A stretch of DNA of 46,119 nt from NCBI RefSeq assembly GCF_006345805.1, contig NW_021832801.1, forward strand, positions 1 through 46,119. Reading direction: 5' to 3'. Shown in pieces: positions 11,875 through 23,430 of the stretch; the first letter of the stretch is position 1; every line of letters begins with the position of its first letter. The notes beneath the pieces are model-generated. The model made no database searches. It was not told the origin of the DNA and saw nothing but the letters and a program-made list of their open reading frames with translations. This DNA is from Octopus sinensis. Lineage: Eukaryota. The position numbers and the translations under genes are program-made.

Positions 11875-12225
11875 TATGGTGGTTGCCCCCTCGTTATCGA
11901 GTATGGCCATTGCACGAAGCTTAATCAATGTTGTTATCGTGCAATACCTGTGCAAGAAGGGTTTTTTTTTTAAAGTGAGGAAAGGCTGTGCACTGAGTCA
12001 ATCACACTCACTAAGCAACAGCAGCCATAATCCTAAAAGAAGAACAAGTCAACATCATCGGTAACCACTGAGCTGCAGGTTTTACGTCGGAGTTATCCCA
12101 GTTACCTGAGTTACCTTCTCCTAGAAAGATGCCCTAACAAAGGCTAGGAGTCCTTCACTTCCAATGGTTTAACCGCGCGATCGGGTATTCAGTCCGATTA
12201 TTTCTATGTCCCCGCGCATGATACA
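11875..12225 (-). mobile_element. RTE-derived bipartite non-autonomous element (SINE-like)
   Basis: On the minus strand, an RTE-5'UTR-like CTAGGAGAAGGTAACT motif is joined to an RTE-3'-end-like CTCGATAACGAGGGGGCAACCACCA, followed by a TA/TATG tail; no ORF. Confidence 0.6.
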
Positions 12226-12353
12226 GCCTTAAGACTGTATTATTACTGAATAATTCAAGATCCTGGATATCTATGTATGCATGGACGTTCGTATATGTAA
12301 GTATAACGTTTGTTCTGCATATATTTATTTGTATTTATGTGCCTATCTGATTT

Positions 12354-12411
12354 ATTCAACTGATGAGGCAAAGCTTTTTTAAAGCAAAGCTAGAAATCCA
12401 GGATCTTGAAT
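12354..12411 (+). ncRNA. Hammerhead-like motif with decayed stem II
   Basis: Stem I ATTCAA/TTGAAT; CTGATGAG 12360-12367; GAAA 12393-12396; stem III ATCCAGGAT; AUC site at 12403-12405; stem II lacks the closing pair. Confidence 0.6.
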
Positions 12412-12842
12412 TATTCAGTAATATTTTTTGCTAGTCTATTTTGTCCCTCTGCCTTATCTCATGGTGCGATATGAACATTTAACGTCGTTCTTAGAGTCAG
12501 GGATTTGACTGCTATTTCGGCATGGTGGTGTCTCTCAGACACCCTTATTTTTAGTTGTAAAAAATTATTACCTTTGTATGATATTTTTCCCATGCTGGCC
12601 ACTTGATAATATCGATATTTAAATATCGATATTATCCTTATTTATATATATATATATATATATATATTCCAGAAAGTTAAAGGTTGTGAATCCAACCAAC
12701 TAAGGGATAATATTTATCCAATATACTGCTGCTAGAATACCCAATTATTAATGCACAAATGTTTTTATTGCATTGCAATTGCATTACCGAGTGTACTAAA
12801 TGGGTGAAGGTAAAGAGATATTTTACCATTAATTTATAGAGC

Positions 12843-13258
12843 AATAACAAAATGGAGGGGATCAATAGGTGGTTCATCAACATTTAGACATTATATTATG
12901 TTAACTCATTTATTTATTTACTTATATGACAATTACAAGACTATACATACATGTATAACATATTATGCTTTACACATAAGATATATTAATATAGTCTACT
13001 GGAGGAATACAAGTAGAAAAGGTATTTTTGTCTCTAAGCTGAAACAGCTGTAAGATATTTTCCAATTTATATTCCTGTATGTTATATTTTAACAATTACA
13101 GGTATCCTTATATATTAATATATTTTATATGTAAAGCATATGTTATACATGTATGTATATTCTTGTAATTGTCATTTTAGTAAATAAATAAATAAGTTGA
13201 CATAATATAATGTCTAAAAGTTGATGAACCACCTATTGATACCCTCCATTTTCTTATT
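12843..13258. repeat. Foldback with ~150-bp inverted arms and ~120-bp spacer, probably PLE-derived
   Basis: 12843-12993 mirrors 13113-13258 (AAAATGGAGGG..TCAATAGGTGGTTCATCAAC vs GTTGATGAACCACCTATTGA..CCCTCCATTTT). Confidence 0.88.
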
Positions 13259-13464
13259 ACTCTCTCTCTCTCTTTATGTATATATACATGAGTGCGTGTG
13301 TGAGTGTATATTTTATTTGTGTAGAAATCATAGAGTAACTTAACGGAATTTAACCTAGAAGAGATTCTCACCTCTTTCAAGATAAATTCATCACAGACAA
13401 TGCATGTGTGTGTGCTTATGAATATATACATAAAAATGTGTGATTACGTTTACATGTGTGTATG

Positions 13465-13513
<49 letters not shown>

Positions 13514-15984
13514 GTGTGTGTGTGTGTGTGTGTGTTGTGTGTGTGTGTGTGTGTGTATAAAAGTGTATAGTACACACACATACTTATGAGGTCTTTATTA
13601 GGAGCTTTCCCTCACTTACACATGCAATTTCTTCTTCTCCCTTTCTTTCTTAAACCACTCTCGTCTGCTCTTTTGATAAACTCATTCGCTACATTTACGT
13701 TCCATCCCACTTGGTCACTCTCGCATCAGCTTATTAATTTATTGAATAAAAAGCTGTTTTGTTCCTTATTTTCACATTGTTCTAAATTGTCGCTGCTATC
13801 TTATTTCACACACACACACACGCATACACACACACACACACACACAAGGACCTTCACACAGTACATATATGTATGTATGTACGCATGTATGAATGTGTGA
13901 GTGTGTGTGTATGTATGTACGTACGAAAACGTTTTCCCAAAAGGTTCGTCAAATTCTGATATTCAATACCAAAGAAAATTTTTAAATAGTTATTAACTTT
14001 TAAGTAAATCTTTCTTAAGTTATCTTGGCTATATCAACTTTCGCAAAAACTTTTAAGCATATGTATATACATACACACAAACACACACACACGCACACAC
14101 ATACACACACATACACATACACACACACATATATTGTATTATAATATATAAGTACGTATACATATGCAAACACATCTACACGTGTACACACAAACACACA
14201 CGCACACAGCTTACATGTAATCATATACGCCCTTACGCATTCCAGACCACATTACACACACCATCGCGTATGTGTATCTATGTGCAAGCTACCCTACTCA
14301 TTACTTAATTGAAATTACAGCCTAATGAGAAAAAAGTCAATAACGCTAAGGAAAATGTATTCTCACAAGGGGCAAAGGATAGAAGTTGCCGTATGTTAGT
14401 AACACCAGGATATATGTTGAGCGGGGAGCAGAACGACACCACCTGAACTGATAGGAATACATACATATATACAAACGTATATTCACTCATATATGAATGG
14501 CTAGATGCGTGTATACGTGAGACTGAATACTTGCCATTAGCACTAATTAAATTAATGTTTCATTAAATACTAATTATATTCCACTTCCTCCATTTAGTTC
14601 ACCTTCCCCTGCCTTAATTCTTACTTTGAATCTCTCTCTCACCGCTACCCACCTCTATTACAGACGCACATTAATGGAGTCACAGAAACTTGTTCTCAAA
14701 AATTACTACACAGAAGTTTTTCTCACCCTTTTCCCCGTCACTTTCTGACTGTAAATCTGTCTGTCGCACTGTCTCTCTTTCTCTGTCTCTGTTTGTCTGT
14801 CTGTTTGTCTCTCACTCACTCACTCCGTACATGTATGTATGTATGTATGTGGTTTCAGGGAATCATGGGGCTATCACAGTAAGCTCCTCATACGGAATCG
14901 GCTGTCAGTCTATATATGAGGTGTATCCGCGAATTTCCGGTGGTCTGTTGAGCTAGTTTCCTTTCCTTTTTCTTTTTTGTATTTTATCTATGAATAAAGT
15001 TGAATAATATAATGCAGAGCTTTATTGACGCAAATATATATATATATTATTAACGCAAATATATATATATATATATATTATTGACGCATATATATATATA
15101 TATATTTTATATATATATATATAATATTATATATATATATATGTTTGCGGAAATTCATTCTGAACGAAGAATGCTACGAAACAGCTGTAAACATGTTGAA
15201 CTCATACTGAAAAATAAATCCATCATCACCTCTCACATCTGTCATTATGATTTCTCAGTCATTAAGATAGTGCTTTGTACCGTTTGAGTGGTTTTGACTC
15301 TTATTTCTAGCAATACTGGTTTTAATCAATAACGTTTGTCACTTTAATGACTGCAATTAATGTCATTAAGTTGTTGAATTGCTAATAATCCACCTATTAT
15401 ATATATATATATATATATATATTGAATAATATATGCATATATATATATATATACATACAGAGATACAAAATATAGATGTTCAATCTCATGCGAACGTCTC
15501 GTGTATAGTTCTGCAAATTATAGTCACACCGACGAGTCTGCGGATGATTACGTAAATGATTACGTAAACATTAACAACGAAATCTGGTTTGTGATTAATC
15601 TATATTTTGTATCTTTTCATTTGTCTTGCTCGCTTACGTTCTGGTGTTTGCTAAATTTTCTTGAGAACATTCCTTTCTTAGTGGTTAGACCATAGCGGGT
15701 CTTCTTTTAGCATAATGGATGTCCACTTACAGGTCATCCATTTTATATGTATGTAATATAATTTTTCTGAAACTTCAGAGTTTTAAATATGCGAGACCAC
15801 TGGATTTAAATTGATATTAATCAAATTAATATTCAATTATTAACACTTATTATTATAATATATTATAATATATATATGTGGTATTGATATATATATATAT
15901 ATATACATACATTCTCAAAAAAATAATGGTCCTTTTACATACGAAACTTGGGTGAAATTGATTAATAACTAATTAACTTTACCC

Positions 15985-16141
15985 TCAATTGTTGATATAT
16001 GTATGTGTGTGTATATGTGTGTATGTATATGTATATGTACATGTATGTATGTGTGTATGTATGTATATGTATATATATATATATATATAGATATATATAT
16101 ATATATTATATAATATAGTATGTGTGTGTGTGTGTGTATAC

Positions 16142-16182
<41 letters not shown>

Positions 16183-16440
16183 TGTGTATATGTGTATTAT
16201 GTATATATTTATATATGTATATATATGTATATGTATATGTATGTGTGTGTGTATATGTATATATGTGTATATATGAGTGTACGCGAGTATGTCGATATAT
16301 ATGTAGGTATGTAGAGTTATGTGTATGTGCATGTATGTGAGTGTAGATACAAACGGTAGATGCGTATATATATGTGTGTGTATATATACATGTATAAGGT
16401 ATATGTATGTGTGGTATATATATATATATATATATATATA
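15985..16440. repeat. Compound TA/TG/TATG low-complexity tract
   Basis: Direct reading; source of the H/I/Y/T-rich and C/V/M-rich pseudo-ORFs. Confidence 0.95.
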
Positions 16441-16586
16441 AGCAATAAAGATTCAAGTTAATTTAAATGAATTTACTTGAATATGGTACCTAACTTAGAT
16501 GCACCAAAAAAAAACTATACTGTTTTTAACAATACAGTCATGTGGGGTGATTTTAAGCGAGAAAGAAGCAACAAGAATGGATAGGT

Positions 16587-16676
16587 TTTTAGTACAATCG
16601 TTTCATACAAGGACAGGCTTTATTAAAAGTTGTAAAAATTACAGCATATAAACGGTCCCGTACTCATCAGCTAAAA
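16587..16676 (-). ncRNA. Type I hammerhead ribozyme motif, minus-strand arm
   Basis: Minus strand: TTTTAG-CTGATGA-GTACGGGAC...GTCCTTGTAT-GAAA-CGATTGT-A-CTAAAA; 6-bp stem I, self-complementary stem III ACGATTGT, GUA site. Confidence 0.85.
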
Positions 16677-16766
16677 TACATGTGAGTTCTCTAGACATCC
16701 TAGTGGTTGAGGCTATACTCATGAAGTAATGTAGATAATTAAGTAACATAAACAGATTTCCAAAGA

Positions 16767-16854
16767 TTTAGCTGATGAGTACGGGACACGTTATATGCTG
16801 TAATTTTTACAACTTTTAATAAAGCCTGTCCTTGTATGAAACGATTGTACTAAA
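16767..16854 (+). ncRNA. Type I hammerhead ribozyme motif, plus-strand arm
   Basis: Stem I TTTAG/CTAAA; CTGATGAG 16772-16779; ~10-bp stem II with one bulge; GAAA 16838-16841; ACGATTGT; predicted cleavage after A16849. Confidence 0.85.
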
Positions 16855-16887
16855 AACCTATCCATTCTGGTTTGCTTCTTTCTCGCG

Positions 16888-16893
16888 TATATA

Positions 16894-16958
<65 letters not shown>

Positions 16959-17202
16959 GTATATGCGAGTATGTAGAGATATAAGTATGTGCATGTGTAT
17001 ATATGTGTGTATATATGTTATGTATAGGTATGTGTATGTGTATTGTATGTATATATATATATGTGTGTGTATGTATGCATATATGTATGTATGTATGTAT
17101 GTATGTATATGTGTATGTATATATATGTGTGTAAGTGTGTGGTATATGTATATGTAAGTGTGTGCGTGTATGAGTATGTATGTATGTTTGCACACATGTA
17201 TA

Positions 17203-17240
<38 letters not shown>

Positions 17241-17518
17241 ATATATATATGTATATATATATATGTATGTGTGGTGTATATATGTGTGTATTGTAGTATG
17301 TATGTATATATATGCGTGTGTATGTGTTGTGGTATATGTACACATACGTGTACGCTCGTTTGTGTTTATGGATATGTAGGTACGTAGAGTTATCTATGTG
17401 TGTATGTATTTGTACATGTGTGTAAGTATGTATATAATATATATATGTGTATATGTGTGTATTATATATGTGTATATATGTATATGTATATATATGTGTT
17501 GTATATATGTATATATAA

Positions 17519-17589
<71 letters not shown>

Positions 17590-17965
17590 AAGTTTATATG
17601 TATGTATTCCGTCTATATAATAGGTAAACTGCACGTACATATACTTAATATTTATTATTTATTTTTGAGTATGCATGTATGAATACTGCGCGTATATATA
17701 TATTACTATTTACTTATTTTTGAGTATGCATGTAAGTATGAATATAAGGAGGCACGGGTGTGTGTGTGTATGTGTAAGCATAGATATATGTATACTTTTA
17801 CGCATGGTGTACTTATGTGTATATATGGATGCGCGTGTGTGTGGGTGTGTATGGGTACGCCATGTACATGTGTATGTGCGTGTATGTGTGTATATGAGTA
17901 TGTATTGTATGTGTGGCGTATATTTGTATATGTATGTATGTATATGTAGTGTGTGTTATGTATAT

Positions 17966-18011
<46 letters not shown>

Positions 18012-18545
18012 ATGTGTATAGTATATGTATATGCGTATGTGCATGTATTGTATGTGTATGCATGCGCGTATATATATGTACGTATATGTATAGTGTGGGT
18101 GTGTGTATGTGTATAAATTATGTATGTATGGATGTATGGATGTATGTTGTATGTATGTAACGTATGTATGTGTATGTGTGTATATGTATGTATGTGTATG
18201 TGTGTGGTGATATGTATATATATATGTATATGTGTATATGTATGTATATGTATATAATATATATATATGTATATATAATGTATGTATATATATGTGAATA
18301 TGTATGTATATGTATATATATAATTACATGTATGTATTTGTATGTAGTGTATATGTATGTGTGTGTATTTATATTATTGGTGTATATATATAGACTAGCC
18401 TTCTAAGAGTGTAGACATGAATCTGTAGGTACGCGTACGTATGTGTATATACGTGAATGTATGTAGATGTATGTATGTATGAATATAACGCGTGCGTGCG
18501 TGTATGTGTATGAGGTGCGAATGAGTGAGTGTACGTGCTAAGAGT
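16888..18545. repeat. ~1.6-kb compound TA/TG/TATG low-complexity field
   Basis: Direct reading. Confidence 0.95.
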
Positions 18546-18699
18546 GTGCGTGAGTAAATGAGTGCTTGTTTTCCAGTAGACAGATAAATGAACTGGCTGT
18601 CATAGCCAGATGTTTGTGACCAGCGATCAAAGATAACAAAAGTAATAAATGAAGATAATAAAATTAAAATTAGGGAATGGGTCTGTATTTGTATGTGTA

Positions 18700-18739
18700 T
18701 ATATATGTGGTATGTGTAGGTATGCATAGGTACACATAT

Positions 18740-18774
<35 letters not shown>

Positions 18775-19140
18775 ATATATATGTATGTATATGTATGTGT
18801 GTGTATATGTGTGTGTATGTGTATATATGTGTATATAGGGACTAGTGTGCTGTTTGTGTGCATGTGTGTGTGGATATGTGGTGTATGCGTGTATGTGAGT
18901 ATGTGTGTGTATGTGTATATATATTTTTCTGTGTGTATATGTATGTGTGGTCGTGTGTGTATATATACATGTGTGTATACGTGTATGCATGTGAGTGTGT
19001 GTATGTATACATATATGTGTATGTGTAGATATGTATATGTATGTGTAAGTGTATATATATGTATATATGTGTGTGTGTACGTATGTGGGATGTATATGTA
19101 TATATGTTTGTATGTGTGTGTATATATGCATAACATATGT
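18700..19140. repeat. Compound TA/TG low-complexity tract
   Basis: Direct reading. Confidence 0.9.
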
Positions 19141-19381
19141 GATAGGTATAAGTGAGAATCTCCTTATTTACCTAAAAACTCTATTCCCTTTTTTATATAT
19201 ATTTTTATATATTTTTTATATATTTTTTTATTTATTAGTCTATCTAACTTAACACTGACTCCTGGACCACTCCCCCAAGTATGATATTTGCGCTATGCCT
19301 ACCCCCAAAAAGTCCCCCACCACAACCCCTTTAACCTGCCTGCCTAAATGTATAAATGCCAATACAATTTTTTGTTAACTT

Positions 19382-19429
19382 GCTTCCTGAAGATTTCTCT
19401 TGAATGAAACAGTTTAGTCCTGTAGAAGC
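19382..19429 (+). ncRNA. Compact type I hammerhead motif (U10.1-U11.1 mismatch)
   Basis: Stem I GCTTC/GAAGC; CTGAAGA 19387-19393; stem II (T)TTC-tctt-GAA(T); GAAA 19406-19409; 4-bp hairpin stem III ACAG/CTGT; GUA site with cleavage after 19424. Confidence 0.75.
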
Positions 19430-19825
19430 TCCTTCTATATAATAAATATATATATATATACATTCATTTATATGTATGTATATATTTGTATACACTTATA
19501 ATATTTACCTCGAAGAAGAATCATTTTAGCCATCTGTTTCATTTATATTTTGTTTACTTCTTAATGATGCAATATATTATGAAGTGCTAAAAGGTTTCGT
19601 AGCATACATACAGCTTGGTTACTGATGCATTTCCTTTGCATCGAATTGTAGAAGAACTTTGCATGCTGGGAAATATGGAATAATCTGTCAATTAAAATTT
19701 CGTATTTGTACCGAATAAACAAAAATTAATAGTATATATTTGTCGTCTGTTTGTGTATGTCTTTGTCCTCACTCCTACGCAAACCACATACATACATCTA
19801 AGAAGAAAAAGAGAGAGAGGGAGTA

Positions 19826-19870
<45 letters not shown>

Positions 19871-20139
19871 GGGAAAGTGAAAGATTGCTCAGCCGTCTAA
19901 TTTTCTTTTGCATAAATAATGCTGCGTTGACGATTTATTCAAATTAATTTCTTTATTAATTAATTATGCGTTGAAAAGCACTCGTACTCTAGTATGTCTA
20001 TAGTGTGACGTAAGACAAACCATTTTGTGATAAATCCATACATTTGTGTATATATGTATGCATATACTATATGTTTGTGTACATATAGCTGTATATACAT
20101 ATGCGTCTGTATGTGTATATATACCTATATATAAATACA

Positions 20140-20231
<92 letters not shown>

Positions 20232-20409
20232 GGTGTGTGTGTTGTGTGTGTGATTTATATATTTATATACATACATTAATAAATATATACGTAATGTATA
20301 CGAAAAATCTTTCTCTCTCTCCCTTCTCCCTTTATGCATCCAGAGATACATATATATGTATCTCCTTCTCTCTCTTTATATATGTGTGTGTGTGTATGTG
20401 TGTGTAAAG

Positions 20410-20515
20410 TGCAACGCGTCACCAAAGATCGGGCCCAGCAGTGGGTTTCATATTCCATTGCAGAGTAATACGATGCGGGGTCAAGCTCAGAAGAGGCTGA
20501 TGTGCGGAATAGGAG
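20410..20515 (-). mobile_element. Small LINE RT-thumb-like fragment
   Basis: Minus-strand MEYETHCWA resembles the (RP)xxEYxSHxW motif of non-LTR RT thumbs; very short. Confidence 0.35.
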
Positions 20516-20560
20516 CCGAATAATAATAATAACAATGAGGATAGAGAAGAAGGAAAGAAC

Positions 20561-20935
20561 AGAAGAAGAAGAAGAAGAAGAAGAAGAAGAAGAAGAAGAA
20601 GAAGAAGAAGAAGAAGAAGAAGAAGAAGAAAGAAGAAGAAGAAAGAAGAAGAGAAACCAAAGAGAAGAGAAGAAAGAAGAAAGAAGAAGAGAAGAAGAAG
20701 AATAAAGAAGAAGAAGAAAGAAGAGAAGGAAGAAGAAGAAGATAAGAAGAAAGAAGAAGACAAGAAGAAGAAGAAATAGAAGAAGAAAAAGAAGAAGGAA
20801 AAGAAGAAGAAGAAGAAGAGAAGAAGAAAAATAAGGAAGAAGAAGAAGAAGAAGAAAAATAAGGAAGAAGAAGGAGGAGGAGGAGAGAAAAAGAAAAAAA
20901 AAGAAGATGAGGAGGAGGAGGAGGAAGAAAAAAAG
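20561..20935. repeat. (GAA)n-dominated purine tract
   Basis: Direct reading; yields the poly-E, poly-F and poly-L pseudo-ORFs. Confidence 0.97.
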
Positions 20936-21467
20936 GAAACAAATGTGGTATTCAATTAATATAGGACCTACAGGCGTTACGTAAAGATGAAGAAATAATT
21001 ATAGATTAGCAGCATTACTAATGTAGCAACATTACTAATATTACACCGCACTGCATCAATGTCCTGCAATAATACCGTATTTAATGTCAGCTCTTTAGAT
21101 TTTCAGACTTAGCACTGTAAATTACAACGTATCGTGCGTAGATACGCTCATAGAAGCAATGTGATCGAAGACAGGAAAATAGATATTGGGTACATGCATA
21201 TTTCAAGGATTATTGTCCTTCCATCAGTACCTCGTCTAATCGATTAACTATCTACTAACACATTGCTTAAATACTCACTAGATCTAGGAGTGTAGCATAA
21301 TCGGAGAAATTAATTTGCATATCAAATACATTCCTGGCAACAGCTAGAAGAGTTCATTGCTAGCAAAGCAAAGCAGTATTTGATTTTGTTACTATGATGC
21401 ACTGCTAAGTATACTATAGGTTTATGAAGCATACTATAGGTTTCTGAAGTGAATATTGTGTCCTACT

Positions 21468-21990
21468 AAGGCGGCAAGCTAGCAGAAACGTTAGCACGCC
21501 GGGCGAAATGCTTAGCGGTATTTTGTCTGCCGTTACGTTCTGAGTTCAAATTCCGCCGAGGTCTACTTTGCCTTTCATCCTTTCGGGGTCGATTAAATAA
21601 GTACCAGTTACGCACTGGGGTCGATATAATGGACTTAATCCGTTTGTCTGTACTTGTTTGCCCTCTCTGTGTTTAACCCCTTGTGGGTAGTAAAGGAATA
21701 GGTATTTCGTCTGCCGCTACGTTCTGAGTTCAAATTCCGCCGAGGCCGACTTTGCCTTTCATCCTTTCGGGGTCGATTAAATAAGTACCAGTTACGCACT
21801 GGGTTCGATATAATCGACTTAATCAGTTTGTCTGTCCTTGTTTGTCCTCTCTGTGTTTAGCCCCTTTGTAGGTAGTAAAGAAATAAGTATTTTGTCTGTC
21901 TCTACGTTCTGAGTTCAAATTCCGCTGAGGTCGACTTTGCCTTTCATCCTTTCGGGTTCGATGTAATCAACTGGCCCCTTCCCACAAAAT
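21468..21990 (+). mobile_element. SINE family B: one head plus three tandem body units (period 184-185 bp)
   Basis: Units start at 21518, 21702, 21887; B-box-like GAGTTCAAATTCC in each; the AGGCGGCAAGCTAGCAGAAACGTTAGC head occurs once. Confidence 0.9.
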
Positions 21991-22247
21991 TTCGAGCCTC
22001 GCAGAAATGACTGGTGATTTTGGTTTACGCAATATGATTATTGCGAATAGATTGCTCTCATGTGGAAACATATGTAACATATTTCAAATTGTCATTATCC
22101 ATTCATCTTAATTTATATATTTACATCTATTTATCTATTCAATTACGCACACACACACACACAAACGCACACACACACACACACTTAAACACGCACACAC
22201 ATACACACACACACGCGCTTCTATATATTCTTTTATTCTTATATATT

Positions 22248-22715
22248 TTTGCTTGTTTCAGGCATTAGACTGCGAACATGCAGTAGGACCACCTTGAAGA
22301 ATTTTAGTCGAGCGTATCGACCTCAGTACTTATTTTTAAGCCTAGGACTAATTCTATCAGTCTCTTTTTGTCGAATTGCCATGTTCGGGGGACAACAACA
22401 CGCCAGTTGGTGGTGGGGGACAAACACAGATACAAAGACACACACACATACATACATACATATACGCATATATATATGTATATATGTGTGTGTGCATATG
22501 TGTGTGTATACGTGTGTGTGTGTGTATATGTGTGTGTACGTGTGTGTGTGCGTGTGTGTATTCGAAGTCTTCTTTCAGTTTACGTCAACCAAATCCACTT
22601 ACAAGATTTGATCGGTCTCAGGCTATAGTAGAAGACACTTGCCAAGGGTACCATGCAGTGGGAGTGAACCCGAGACCATGTGGTTGGTAAGCAAGTTCTT
22701 TTTACCACACAGCCA
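22248..22715 (-). mobile_element. SINE family A copy with internal microsatellite
   Basis: Reverse complement of the 3296-3735 type. Confidence 0.88.
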
Positions 22716-22987
22716 TTCCTCTAAAAATTACACTAATGACTCAATACTGACGGGGAAGGAACTTGTCTGATGAAGGTTTTTGACCCAGACAAAGTCCTTC
22801 AATTATGTCTTTCATTAGAGATAATTGATTAGCCGCAATAAGATATACTAATGGTCACATTTTAGACAAATTAAAGAAAGAATCAATCACAAACCTTCGG
22901 CTTTAAAACAACCACGGCTACTAACTAAACTACGAATGACTTCCTGGATGTTATTCTAGGTTTTATAGCTGACCTATTTCTGTCACT

Positions 22988-23194
22988 TTGTTACTTGTTT
23001 CAATCATTTGACTGCGGCCATGGTGCAGCACTGCCTTAAAGGGTTTTTAGCGACAGGAATCGATCCCCAGGACTTATTATCTGTAAACCTGGTCGTATTC
23101 TATCGGTCTCTTTTACCGAACCGCTAAGTTGCGGAGATATAAATACACCAACATCTGTTAACAAGCGATGGGTGCGGGACAAATACAACACAAA

Positions 23195-23200
<6 letters not shown>
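22988..23200 (-). mobile_element. SINE family A 3' half
   Basis: TTACTTGTTTCAATCATTTGACTGCGGCCATGG..CCGAACCGCTAAGTT homology to family A. Confidence 0.8.
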
Positions 23201-23230
<30 letters not shown>

Positions 23231-23430
23231 AATATAAAATGAAATACAAAATGGTACAAGAACGCAAAACATCCGGACACAACTAAGTGATACAAAATGG
23301 GTCAACAAAACATCAAGATGATGATACAAAAACAAGGAACGGTCATATATATATATAAGATATACATATATATCTATATATATATATATATATTATATAT
23401 ATATATATATATTATATATTAAATTAGAGA

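Larger units (their letters stand above)
16557..16886. repeat. Foldback with ~120-bp inverted arms, each a complete hammerhead, 90-bp spacer
   Basis: 16557-16676 mirrors 16767-16886 with only a few differences. Confidence 0.95.

Noticed and set aside
20960-21010. DLQALRKDEEIII resembling the PLE RT N-terminal region
   Set aside because: Too short, and the expected ADKG motif does not follow.
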